A program made the position numbers and the translations under genes. A stretch of 64,000 nt of DNA from Alphaproteobacteria bacterium UBA7691 (lineage in GTDB: Bacteria > Pseudomonadota > Alphaproteobacteria > Ferrovibrionales > Ferrovibrionaceae): contig DLGP01000096.1 in NCBI GenBank assembly GCA_002482765.1, positions 11,212 to 75,211 on the forward strand. Direction: 5' to 3'. Position 1 is the stretch's first letter. Each line of letters opens with the position of its first letter. A model generated the notes under the pieces. The model saw nothing but the letters and a program-made list of their open reading frames with translations. It had not been told where the DNA came from and searched no databases. Positions 29,545-38,975 of the stretch are shown one piece after another.

Positions 29545-30205
29545 TCACAGCCATCCGCATCAGCACGACCATGACCATGACCATGAGCACGATCACGCGC
29601 CGATCACCAGCGAGGATCACGCTGATCGGTATGAAGTGCTGCTGGAAACCGCCATCCGCGAATTGCTGGATGAGAAGGGTATATTGAGCGCCGAGGATAT
29701 CCATCGCCAGATTGATGCGCAGGATAGCCGCACACCGGCCTTGGGCGCCCAGGTGGTGGCCAAGGCGTGGACCGATCCGGCCTTCAAACAGCGCCTGCTG
29801 GCGGCACCCCTGGCTGCAATCAACGAAACTTTTGGCCTGGGCATCCAGACCCCGCTGGAGCTGGTGGTGCTGGAGAACAAACCGGATTTGCATAACGTGG
29901 TGGTATGTACACTCTGCTCCTGCTATCCGCGCATGCTGCTGGGCATTCCGCCAGCCTGGTATAAATCCACCGAATATCGTTCGCGTGTGGTGGTGCAGCC
30001 GCGCCAAGTGCTGGCAGAATTCGGCACGCACCTGCCCGATACGGTGGAAGTGCGGGTTTCCGACAGCACGGCCGATCTGCGCTATCTGGTGCTGCCTTTA
30101 CGTCCGGCCGGCAGCGAAGGCATGAGCGAAGCCGAGCTTGCAGCGTTGGTAACGCGGGATGCGATGATTGGCACCGCGCTGCCCTTGCCCCCCGTTTCTC
30201 AGTAG
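29534..30205 (+). CDS. Cobalt-type nitrile hydratase alpha / thiocyanate hydrolase gamma subunit
   Basis: VVCTLCSCYP metal motif (Thr/Tyr indicate Co-type), GA.VVAKAWTDP.FK, WYKS..YR.R, His-rich N-terminus. Confidence 0.93.
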   Translation: MAHDHSHPHQHDHDHDHEHDHAPITSEDHADRYEVLLETAIRELLDEKGILSAEDIHRQIDAQDSRTPALGAQVVAKAWTDPAFKQRLLAAPLAAINETFGLGIQTPLELVVLENKPDLHNVVVCTLCSCYPRMLLGIPPAWYKSTEYRSRVVVQPRQVLAEFGTHLPDTVEVRVSDSTADLRYLVLPLRPAGSEGMSEAELAALVTRDAMIGTALPLPPVSQ

Positions 30206-30224
30206 TAACGATCAGGAGTATCCC

Positions 30225-31103
30225 GTGTCTCACCCGTATTCCCTGCGCCAACGGCTCGGCAGTGGCAAGCTGCTCAGCGCCCCGGGCGTGTTCGACATGA
30301 TTTCGGCCCGTGTTGCTGATGCCATGGGTTTTGATGCGCTCTACATGACCGGCTACGGCACCGTGGCCTCGCATCTTGGCCTGCCCGATGCCGGCCTGGC
30401 CACCTATAGCGATATGGTGGGCCGTGTTGGCCTGATTGCCGGCGGCACCAAGGCGCCGCTGATTGCCGATGGCGATACCGGTTATGGCGGCCTCTTGAAT
30501 GTGCAGCATACCGTGCGTGGTTATGAGAAAGCCGGCGCTGCGGCAATTCAGCTCGAAGATCAGGAATTCCCGAAAAAATGCGGCCACACGCCGGGCCGCC
30601 GGGTGATCCCCTGCGCCGATATGGTGGCCAAGATCAAGGTGGCGGTGGAAAGCCGCGATAGCAGCGATTTCCTGATCGTGGCGCGTACCGATGCGCGCAC
30701 CACACTTGGCCTGGATGAAGCTTTGCGCCGGGCTGAAGCCTATGCCAAGGCGGGCGCCGACGTGCTGTTTGTGGAATCGCCGGAAAGCGAAGCCGAGATG
30801 GAGAAAATCTGCCGCAGCTTCGATCAGCCCCTGCTGGCCAATATTGTGGAAGGTGGCCGCACGCCGGTGCTTTCGGCGGCGCGGTTGCAGGAATTGGGTT
30901 ATGCGCTGGCAATCTTTCCCGCTGCCGGTTTCCTGGCTGTGGGCGCGGCCCTGCGCCGCTGCTATGGCGCAATTCATGCCACCGGCTCCACAGCCGGGCA
31001 GGATATCGAATTCTACGACTTCATGGAATTTTCCAAGCTGATGGGTTTTGAACAGGTATGGCAATTCGAGCGCGAGCATGCCGCGCTGGAATCCAGCGTC
31101 TGA
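30225..31103 (+). CDS. Isocitrate lyase/PEP mutase family C-C lyase (dimethylmalate lyase/OAH-like)
   Basis: YMTGYG, DGDTGYG, EDQ.FPKKCGH, ARTDA; GTG start after AGGAG. Confidence 0.9.
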   Translation: MSHPYSLRQRLGSGKLLSAPGVFDMISARVADAMGFDALYMTGYGTVASHLGLPDAGLATYSDMVGRVGLIAGGTKAPLIADGDTGYGGLLNVQHTVRGYEKAGAAAIQLEDQEFPKKCGHTPGRRVIPCADMVAKIKVAVESRDSSDFLIVARTDARTTLGLDEALRRAEAYAKAGADVLFVESPESEAEMEKICRSFDQPLLANIVEGGRTPVLSAARLQELGYALAIFPAAGFLAVGAALRRCYGAIHATGSTAGQDIEFYDFMEFSKLMGFEQVWQFEREHAALESSV

Positions 31104-31120
31104 TCGGGCAGGGGGCGAAG

Positions 31121-31759
31121 ATGGAAACGGCACAGGATCTGGCCGAGAATTACAGCAAGGCATTTAATGGCCGGATCGGTTTCGGCCGCCGGCCGGTTTT
31201 GCTGTCGATTGATTTTGTGCTGGCCTATACCACGCCAGGGGCAGCTTTGTTTGCCCAGGGTGTGGTGGATGCCGTCGCCGCCTCGGTGCCGCTTTATGCT
31301 GCGGCGCGGGCGGCTGGCGTGCCGCTGGTTTACACCCAGGTGATCTATGATGCCGAGGGTCGCAATGGCGGCGCCTTTGTCGCCAAGGTGCCTTTGCTCA
31401 AGAGCATGACCAGCGATAATCCGCTGACCCATATTGTGCCTGAATTGCCGCCCGCCGCAGCGGATACCATCCTGGTGAAGCAGTATCCCAGCGCGTTTTT
31501 CGGCACCAATCTGGCGGCGATGCTGGTGTGGATGGGCGTGGATACGCTGATCCTCACCGGCTGCTCCACCAGCGGCTGCGTGCGCGCCACGGCGGTGGAT
31601 GGCTGCTCACACGGCTTCCGTGTGATCGTGCCGGAGGAATGTGTTGGTGATCGCCATGCGGCGCCACATCAGGCCAATCTGTTTGATATCCAGTCCAAAT
31701 ATGGCGATGTGGTGAGCCGCCAGGAAGTGCTGGATTATTTCGCGGCGTTGAAGCCCTGA
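31121..31759 (+). CDS. Isochorismatase-family amidase (maleamate amidohydrolase NicF-like)
   Basis: GRIGFG.RP.LL.IDF, KQYPSAFFGT, GCSTSGCVRA, GDRH..PH.ANLFDI.SKYGDV. Confidence 0.88.
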   Translation: METAQDLAENYSKAFNGRIGFGRRPVLLSIDFVLAYTTPGAALFAQGVVDAVAASVPLYAAARAAGVPLVYTQVIYDAEGRNGGAFVAKVPLLKSMTSDNPLTHIVPELPPAAADTILVKQYPSAFFGTNLAAMLVWMGVDTLILTGCSTSGCVRATAVDGCSHGFRVIVPEECVGDRHAAPHQANLFDIQSKYGDVVSRQEVLDYFAALKP

Positions 31760-32670
31760 TCCGGCTGCTGCGCCAGCCAGTGGCGTGCAATCTGTTCGCG
31801 GGTGGCGATCCAGGCTTTGCTGGAACCGGCAATATGCGTCAGGATTGTTTCCAGTGCGCCGATGCGGCCGGGCCGGCCGATCATGCGCAGATGCAGGCCG
31901 ATGGATAACATGCGTGGCGCGTTGCCGCCCTCGCGTGCCAGCCAGTCATAGGCATCGATGACATAGGCGGCAAAGGCGCCGCCAGTGCCGAAACGCTGCG
32001 TATTCTGGAATTGCATGTCGTTGGTGTCGAAGGCATAAGGCAGCACCAGATGCCGCTTGCCGGCCACCGGCACAAAATAGGGCAGGTCGTCGTTATAGGC
32101 GTCGCTGTCGTAGAGAAAATTGCCGGCTTCCACCAGCAGTCGCCTTGTGTTGGGCGAGGATGCCGAGCGGGTGTGCCAGCCACGCGGCGGCTGCCCGGTG
32201 GCAGCCTGGATCGCCTGCACGGTCTTGGCGATACGGGCGCGTTCCTCGGCCTCAGCCAGATCGGCATGGCTTTCCCAGCGCCAGCCATGCGCGGAAACCT
32301 CATGCCCGCGCCGCACCGCATCCTGCGCCAGCAGCGGCGAGCGCTGCACAGCCAGGCCGCAGGCACTGACCGTAGCCTTGGCATCATAGCGATCAAACAG
32401 GTCCATAACGCGCCACCAGGCGGCGCGGGTGCCATATTCAAAATGGCTTTCGATACAGGGATCGCGGCCATCCAGCAGGTGCACCACCTCGTAGATCGCC
32501 TCGTTATGCGCGTCGCCGCCCGATACAGTATATTCGGCGCCTTCCTCAAAATTGATCACAAAGGATACCGCCACGGCGCGATTGCCGGGCCAGCGGATCG
32601 CCGGTGGCTGGCCGCCATAGCCGATCAGGTCGCGGGCTGGGAAAATCTGGGTATTGCTCAAATCGGCCAA
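31735..32670 (-). CDS. Polysaccharide deacetylase-fold hydrolase, allantoinase PuuE-like
   Basis: RDLIGYG..PP...WP, INFEEG.E, HGWRW, YDSDAYNDDLP, SIGLH.R.IGRPGR. Confidence 0.85.
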   Translation of the reverse strand: MADLSNTQIFPARDLIGYGGQPPAIRWPGNRAVAVSFVINFEEGAEYTVSGGDAHNEAIYEVVHLLDGRDPCIESHFEYGTRAAWWRVMDLFDRYDAKATVSACGLAVQRSPLLAQDAVRRGHEVSAHGWRWESHADLAEAEERARIAKTVQAIQAATGQPPRGWHTRSASSPNTRRLLVEAGNFLYDSDAYNDDLPYFVPVAGKRHLVLPYAFDTNDMQFQNTQRFGTGGAFAAYVIDAYDWLAREGGNAPRMLSIGLHLRMIGRPGRIGALETILTHIAGSSKAWIATREQIARHWLAQQPDQGFNAAK

Positions 32671-32672
32671 GC

Positions 32673-33473
32673 TCAGTCTCCGGTTCCGGCCATGCGGTTG
32701 AGGCCAACAAATTTCTCACCCAGCAGCAACAGCAGCAGGGTGGCGGCCAGGATCAGGGTGGAAAGCGCGGCCAGGGTTGGATCGGGGGCTTCCTCGATAT
32801 ATTGCAGCAGCTTGATCGGCAGGGTTTTGGTGCGCGCATCGGTGAGGAAAATCGAGATCGGGTAATTGTCGAACGAGGCCAGGAAGGCGAAGAAGCCGGC
32901 GGTGAAAAACGCCGGGGCCAATGCCGGCACCATCACCTTGGTGATGGCGGCGGGAAAGCTGCAACCCAGGCAGCGCGCCGCATCAATCAGGGTGAAATCA
33001 AAGCGCGACAGGCCGGCCAGCATGGTGCGCGCCACATAGGGCAGGGTGATGATCAGATGCGCCAGCAGCAGCGCCGGATGCGCAGCGGTGAGGCCGGCCA
33101 TGCGGAAGAATTGCAGCAGCGCAATGCCGATCACCAGGCCGGGCAGCATCAGCGGCGAAACCAGCAGGGCGGTAAGCAGATCAGTGCCGGGCAGGCGGCC
33201 GCGCTGAATGCCGATGGCGGCCAGGGTGCCGAGCACCAGCGCAGCAAAGGTGGATAGCGCAGCGATTTCCAACGTCAGTAGCAGCGCCGGCCAGAAGCCA
33301 TCCAGCCGACCGATGCGGGCATACCAGCGCAGCGACAGATCGCCGCTGGGCAGATCAAAAACCGGTGTGGGCGAAAAGCTGGTGCCGACAATCACCAGCA
33401 AAGGCGCTAGCAGGAAAACCGCTGCCAGCAGGATGCAGGCAATGCAGATGCCGATGGCGATGCGGCCGATCAT
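32673..33473 (-). CDS. ABC permease (PotC-like)
   Basis: SLRWY, SPL.LPG, DAA..LG, SFDNYP. Confidence 0.9.
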   Translation of the reverse strand: MIGRIAIGICIACILLAAVFLLAPLLVIVGTSFSPTPVFDLPSGDLSLRWYARIGRLDGFWPALLLTLEIAALSTFAALVLGTLAAIGIQRGRLPGTDLLTALLVSPLMLPGLVIGIALLQFFRMAGLTAAHPALLLAHLIITLPYVARTMLAGLSRFDFTLIDAARCLGCSFPAAITKVMVPALAPAFFTAGFFAFLASFDNYPISIFLTDARTKTLPIKLLQYIEEAPDPTLAALSTLILAATLLLLLLGEKFVGLNRMAGTGD

Positions 33474-33489
33474 GGTTGTGCCTCCCGCT

Positions 33490-34326
33490 TCATGCGCGTG
33501 GCTTGCCCAGCTTGCCGCTGAGCAGCACCACGGCCAGGGCAATCGCCAGCAGTACCGCCCCGGCCGCGGCGCCGAAGGCCGGTTCGCGGGTGAGCAGGAA
33601 GGATTTGGCGATCAGGGTGGGCAGGGTCTGGTAGCGTTCGCCCATCAGCAGGGTAGGCACCACATAGGCGGAAACAGCGAGCGAGAATACCAGCGCGGTG
33701 CCGGCGATGATGCCGGGCAGGCTGAGCGGCAGCGTAACACGCAGGAAACACGATAGCGGCGGTGCACCGAGTGTGGCGGCGGCTTCGCCCAGGCGGCGGT
33801 CGATCTGCGCCACCACGGCATAAACCGACAGGATCATGAAGGGCAGGAAGATGTTCACGGCGCCGACGATCAGCGCGGTTTCGGTGAAGATCAGGCGGAT
33901 CGGCTCGTCGATGATATGCAGCGCTTGCAGGGTCTTGTTCACCACGCCGGTGGAGCGCAGCAGCACGGTCCAGGCAAAGGCTTTGACAATCACGCCAATC
34001 GAGAGCGGCAGGAACAGCGTGAGCAGCAAGGCGCTGCGCAGGCCACCGCGCAGATAGGTGAGGCCGAAGGCGGCGGGATAGCCGATCAGAAAGGCAAACA
34101 GCGTGGTGAGGCCGGCGAATTTCAGCGAATTCCAGATGATGCCCAGGTAATAGCCATCGCCCAGCAGCTTGCCATAGGCGGCCAGGCTCAAACCCTGCGG
34201 CCCGGACAGGCTGACCGGCAGCAGCAAGGCCAGCGGCAGCACAAACAGGCCAGCCAGCGGCACCAGAGCCGGCAGCAGCAGGCCGAGGCTGGGCAGTTTT
34301 TCCGAGCGGGTGAGCCAGGCGATCAT
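33490..34326 (-). CDS. ABC permease (PotB-like)
   Basis: LPFMIL, EAAATLGA, SAYVVP. Confidence 0.9.
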   Translation of the reverse strand: MIAWLTRSEKLPSLGLLLPALVPLAGLFVLPLALLLPVSLSGPQGLSLAAYGKLLGDGYYLGIIWNSLKFAGLTTLFAFLIGYPAAFGLTYLRGGLRSALLLTLFLPLSIGVIVKAFAWTVLLRSTGVVNKTLQALHIIDEPIRLIFTETALIVGAVNIFLPFMILSVYAVVAQIDRRLGEAAATLGAPPLSCFLRVTLPLSLPGIIAGTALVFSLAVSAYVVPTLLMGERYQTLPTLIAKSFLLTREPAFGAAAGAVLLAIALAVVLLSGKLGKPRA

Positions 34327-35432
34327 GCAGCGGGCGCCGGATCGGGATAGACAAAGGTTTGCGCCACCGGCCAATGCAGCGTGATGTTTTCGCCTTCCGC
34401 CGGCACGTTGCTGCCGCCGGCCAGTTGCGCCACCACGCGGGCGCCGTTGCCGGTATCGATATGCAGCATGCTATGCGCGCCATGGAACACGATGGTTTCC
34501 AGGCGGCCCTGGATGGCATTGCTCTCGGCCGGCTGGGCCGGCGCACCGGGGCGCAGATATTCCGGCCGCACCGCCACCACCACCGCCGAGCCGGGGCTGA
34601 AATTTGCCGCAGCCAGTATCGGCCCGGCCGGGGTTTGCACAATCACGCGGCCAGGTTCCGGCACGGCGGCAACCTGGCCCTTGAGCTGGGTGGATTGGCC
34701 GATGAAGCCCATGGCAAACAGGCTGGCCGGCGCGGCATAGATGGTTTTCGGATCGGCATATTGCTCGATGCGGCCGCCATGCATCACGGCGATGCGATCC
34801 GACATGGTGAGCGCTTCATCCTGATCGTGGGTGACAAAAATCGCCGTGGTGCCGATCTGGCGCAGCAGGCGGCGCAGTTCCACCTGCATTTCCTCGCGCA
34901 GATTGCGGTCCAGTGCGCTTAATGCCTCGTCAAACAGGATTACGCTTGGCTGCACCGCCAGGGCGCGGGCCAGGGCCACGCGCTGCTGCTGGCCGCCGGA
35001 CAGGGCCGAGATCGGCCGTTCGGCCAGATGCGCCAGATGCACCAGGCCAAGATAGCGCAAGACGGTTTCCTGAATGGTATCAGCGGCCACGCCTTGCTGG
35101 CGCAGCCCGAAGGCGACATTGCCGGCAACGCTGAGATGCGGAAACAGCGCGTAATTCTGAAACACCACGCCCACTTGCCGCTTATGCGGCGGCAGCCGGG
35201 TGACATCGCGGCCATCGATCAGGATCTGCCCGCTATCGGGCAGCACCAGGCCGGCAATGGCGCGCAGCAGGGTGGTTTTGCCGCAACCCGAAGGGCCAAG
35301 CAGCGTGACCAGTTCGCCGGCCTTCACCGCAAGGTCCACCCGGTCGAGCACAATCGCCGGGCCGTAGCGTTTGGAGGCGCCCTGCACCAGCAATTCCGCC
35401 GCCTTGCCGCCTGTTGTGCCCTTGCTGGCCAT
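34323..35432 (-). CDS. ABC ATP-binding protein (PotA-like)
   Basis: [19 protein letters not shown]. Confidence 0.92.
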   Translation of the reverse strand: MASKGTTGGKAAELLVQGASKRYGPAIVLDRVDLAVKAGELVTLLGPSGCGKTTLLRAIAGLVLPDSGQILIDGRDVTRLPPHKRQVGVVFQNYALFPHLSVAGNVAFGLRQQGVAADTIQETVLRYLGLVHLAHLAERPISALSGGQQQRVALARALAVQPSVILFDEALSALDRNLREEMQVELRRLLRQIGTTAIFVTHDQDEALTMSDRIAVMHGGRIEQYADPKTIYAAPASLFAMGFIGQSTQLKGQVAAVPEPGRVIVQTPAGPILAAANFSPGSAVVVAVRPEYLRPGAPAQPAESNAIQGRLETIVFHGAHSMLHIDTGNGARVVAQLAGGSNVPAEGENITLHWPVAQTFVYPDPAPAA

Positions 35433-35457
35433 GCCCTGGCTACCCATCATGGCCGGC

Positions 35458-36525
35458 TCACAGCAATTCGCGGTTCCAGCGCTCAATCCAGCCGGCGCGG
35501 CCCTTGGCGAAATGTGCCCAATCCGGCGCAAACAACGTGGTGGCATCGGGGAAGCCGGCCGGCTTGGTGGCGGCGGGATTGACCGGCGCCACAAAAGCCT
35601 TGGCCGCCAGCACGCTTTGCACTTCCGGGCTGAGGAATGCTTCCAGCGCCGCATCGGCCAGCGCACCGCCGGGTGCGTTCTTCACTTTGGCCAGGCCCGA
35701 TGGCATGGCAAAGCCACCTTCCTTGGGGATCGCCAGATCAATCGGCGAGCCATCCGCCTTGCGGATCAGCGTGTAGGCCGAGAATTGCCCGGCGATCAGC
35801 GACGCCTCGCCCTGTTCCAGCAGGTTTATCGCCTGCGGCGCATTGGTGTAGATGGTGAGCAGGTTGGGCTTCAGGCTTTTCAGCTTGTTGAAGCCGGCCT
35901 CGATCTCGTATTGCGCTTCCTTGAACGGCTTGCCGGTTTCCAGATGCGCCGCCACCAGCAGGGTCCAGTAGCCCTCGGTGTTGTTCAGCGACGGCACGAT
36001 GATGCGGCCCTTGTTGCCGGCATCCCACAAGGCGGTCCAGGAGCTTGGCGGGGTTTTCAGCCGGCTGCTGTTAAAGGCGATGCCGGCCCAGGGCTGCTGG
36101 TAATTCACCCATAGCGCATCGCGATGCACGGCGGCGGGATTGATCTTGCCGATGGTCGGCACGGCGCCGATGCCCATCTTCACGATCAAATCCTGCTCGG
36201 CCGCGGCGATCATCACCGGATCGTCCATCACCACCACCGACATTTTCGGCGCCGCCTTGTCGGCCTGCATCTTTTGCAGATTGGTCAGCGAATTGGTGCC
36301 TTCATACAGAATCTTGGCGCCGATCTGCTTTTCCATCAGCGGAAAGATATCGGCGTTGAAATACTTGGCGGCGCCGGCCGGGCCACCGATCACGATCTCC
36401 TTCGGCTGGGCGCGCAGCAGGCCGGGCGCAGCGGTGAAGCCCAGCGAAGCACCGCCCAGCGCCGCGCCACCGGCGGCCAGGCTGCGCTTCAGCATTGTCC
36501 TGCGGGAAATCTGCTTGTTGGTCAT
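35458..36525 (-). CDS. ABC substrate-binding protein, PotD-like, Tat-exported
   Basis: SRRTML twin-arginine signal; P.SW..LW, PKEG. Confidence 0.88.
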   Translation of the reverse strand: MTNKQISRRTMLKRSLAAGGAALGGASLGFTAAPGLLRAQPKEIVIGGPAGAAKYFNADIFPLMEKQIGAKILYEGTNSLTNLQKMQADKAAPKMSVVVMDDPVMIAAAEQDLIVKMGIGAVPTIGKINPAAVHRDALWVNYQQPWAGIAFNSSRLKTPPSSWTALWDAGNKGRIIVPSLNNTEGYWTLLVAAHLETGKPFKEAQYEIEAGFNKLKSLKPNLLTIYTNAPQAINLLEQGEASLIAGQFSAYTLIRKADGSPIDLAIPKEGGFAMPSGLAKVKNAPGGALADAALEAFLSPEVQSVLAAKAFVAPVNPAATKPAGFPDATTLFAPDWAHFAKGRAGWIERWNRELL

Positions 36526-36607
36526 GCCCTTGGCCTTTCCTTGCCTTGCCCTGTTTTGCTTGCGCCAGCCGGCGCCATGCAAGACGCTACGCAAAGCTTG
36601 TGCCAAA

Positions 36608-36719
36608 TGTGCACAATTTGTATAAGCAATTGCGAAACATGGCGTTTCACTTTTCGCCGGCCAAGTCCCGCGAAAATCCCCAGGCAATATTGTGCACAAA
36701 ATATTCACGATTGTGCACA
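36608..36719. promoter_or_regulatory. Three TGTGCACA palindromes, putative GntR operators in a divergent promoter
   Basis: Copies at 36608-15, 36691-98 and 36712-19, each flanked by A/T. Confidence 0.7.
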
Positions 36720-36730
36720 TTTCTTGAGCG

Positions 36731-37465
36731 ATGCAGGGCAGAGACGTGAAACAGCGGCCGAAACCAGCAGCCAGGCAGCGCAGCATAAAGAAAACCGCGA
36801 CGAGCATCGACGAGGCGATCTATGCCCGCATCGCCGATGCCATCCTGCATGGCCGGCTCAAGGCTGGCACCAAGCTGCCCGAACAGCGGCTGGCGGCGTT
36901 GTTTGGTGTGTCGCGCGAGCGTATCCGCAAATTGCTGCATCGCCTGGCCGCCGAGCGCCGGCTTGAAATCATCCCCAATCGCGGCTGTTTTGTGCCCCGG
37001 CCCAGTGTGGAGGATGTGCGCATGGTTTATGAGGCGCATCGGGTGTTTGAGGCCGGCATCATCGAGCAATTGCTGCGCGTGCTGAACGACAATATCCTGG
37101 CCGCGCTCGAGCAGCATCTCGCCGCCGAACGCGTCGCCGCTCAGCGGGGCGATCGCGCCGCCTCGGTGCGGCTTTCCGGTGCCTTCCACCTGCTGCTGGC
37201 GGATTCGCTCGGCAATGCTGAATTGTCGCGTTTCCTGCGTGAATTGCTCAGCCGCTCATCGCTGATGGTCTCGGTCTACGAACCGGCACAGGCCTCGCTC
37301 TGCGCCGTCGACGAACATGGCGCTATCGTCGCCGCGCTACGCGCCCGCAATCTCGAAGCCGCATTGCGGCTCTCGCGCGATCATTTCAGCCATATCGAAA
37401 ACCGCCTCAACCTCAACCGCGACCCGGTGCAGGAACCTGACTTGGCCGTGATTTTCGGCGGGTGA
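36731..37465 (+). CDS. GntR family regulator (FCD domain); start may be GTG at 36746
   Basis: GTKL.E..LA..FGVSR.R.R HTH; FH and EH..I. Confidence 0.92.
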   Translation: MQGRDVKQRPKPAARQRSIKKTATSIDEAIYARIADAILHGRLKAGTKLPEQRLAALFGVSRERIRKLLHRLAAERRLEIIPNRGCFVPRPSVEDVRMVYEAHRVFEAGIIEQLLRVLNDNILAALEQHLAAERVAAQRGDRAASVRLSGAFHLLLADSLGNAELSRFLRELLSRSSLMVSVYEPAQASLCAVDEHGAIVAALRARNLEAALRLSRDHFSHIENRLNLNRDPVQEPDLAVIFGG

Positions 37466-37486
37466 GGGGCGGGCATCGTCATAAGT

Positions 37487-38170
37487 CTAAACGTGCTGCC
37501 CTAGCCAAAAGGCATGATCGGACCAGCGCGCTTCTGCCGAATAAAGCGCCTGCCGTCGTTCGAAATAGATCGCTGAGACGCGCGCCAGTTCCGCTGCATA
37601 AACGTCGGCGTCCGACTGCGCCAGGATCGCCTCGGCGGCGGGATGCGCAGCGGCCCTGTCCGGCGATCGGATCGAATGCCAGTGCAGCATCGCCGAACGC
37701 GAACCAGCCCGGCCTGCTGGGAGTGGTGGCAAAAAGGCTGCGGGCATCGCGGCTCAACAGCGCGCCCTATCATGTCAGCCTGCCAAGACAGGCGGCGAGA
37801 TGCGGCGCGGCGGCCAGCAGAACGGCGCGTGTGGCCACGCAGCCGCACGACCGCTTCGGGCCGGGTATGATAGCCGATGGCCTAGCTATTATCGGCCCGT
37901 TTGCCGGCATAGAGCTAGCCATCGGGCAGGGCATCGATAAAGGTTCGCTCCATCGCGGCGTTTTTCTCTGGCCATGCGGCCTGATAAAGTGCGACGAGCG
38001 GCGCCCCGTGTTAGCTGGGCTGGCCGAGCAGCCGCGCCGAACGCCCGGCGGCATCAATCATGATCGGCGCGCGAACCGGCGGACCCGTATCGTCGTCGAC
38101 AATCCACTGCCCGTCGCGTCGTTCAAACGACGCCCCAAAGCACCGATCACCGGCGCCAGCTATGCGCAAA
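37487..38170 (-). pseudogene. Decayed NAD(P)/FAD-dependent oxidoreductase (LodB/GoxB-like C-terminal fragments)
   Basis: GW.AFGDAALAFDPIAGQG in one frame; Y..E.RW..HAFW in another; frameshifted. The left part of the span is well supported, the right boundary is approximate. Confidence 0.55.
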
Positions 38171-38252
38171 GCTGGGAATATCCGGAGCGATCAGACAGTC
38201 TTATAAAAAAGAGAGATGGAAGTCGGGCGCAATCAATCAAAGGATATCCAGT

Positions 38253-38939
38253 ATGCCGCATTTTCTGTTCGATATTGATGCCAATGGTAAGATCAGCCAA
38301 ATGTTCAAGGATGAGGAGTCCCATCAGGGTGATCTAAAACTTGAGCAGTTGTTCAGCGTCGTTACGATCTATTTCAAGCTCGCTGCTCTCAACCTTGATC
38401 AGATGGATCAACAAGAGCAAAGCGAACTGCGCCGCCAATACGGCCTACAATCGTTTTTAATGAGCCTCACCGGTTTAGAAGCCTTTACCAATACCTTCTT
38501 CCATCATCGAGGGTTGGAATTAGGAGATGACGCGATCCTAAGGCGCGTTGAGCAAAGTCACGGTTCTCTTTCACAAAAAATACGGGAATTAATCACATTG
38601 ACATTCGATCAGCCAATCCAGGACCAAGATCAGCTGATTGATCAAATATTCACGCTTTCTCGCATTCGCAATGAGATAGTCCATCCACGATGGATACCTT
38701 CGTCTTTGACAATACCGGGAAATATTACCGTTCACGGACTTGTGGAGAACAGACAGGCGTTATTCGAGAATCAGCAGCTTTGCCGGGAGGCCCTATTCTG
38801 GTGCTTGCTAGTGATCGCAAGGATAGCTAAGGCAGTAGGAAATGAAGATGTTAGCGGATTCATGTTTCACTGGACAGCCAACTATGGCTTGACGCTCCAG
38901 ATTATTCTTGGAGAGCTCAGTCTTCCTGTCAGTCAATAA
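38253..38939 (+). CDS. Hypothetical low-GC protein with HEPN-like RxxxxH motif
   Basis: Helical protein, LEAF.N segment and RNEIVH motif; AT-richer than the host backbone. Confidence 0.65.
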   Translation: MPHFLFDIDANGKISQMFKDEESHQGDLKLEQLFSVVTIYFKLAALNLDQMDQQEQSELRRQYGLQSFLMSLTGLEAFTNTFFHHRGLELGDDAILRRVEQSHGSLSQKIRELITLTFDQPIQDQDQLIDQIFTLSRIRNEIVHPRWIPSSLTIPGNITVHGLVENRQALFENQQLCREALFWCLLVIARIAKAVGNEDVSGFMFHWTANYGLTLQIILGELSLPVSQ

Positions 38940-38975
38940 TTATAAGATGGTTTTTAGAAGAATTTTGTATTTTAC

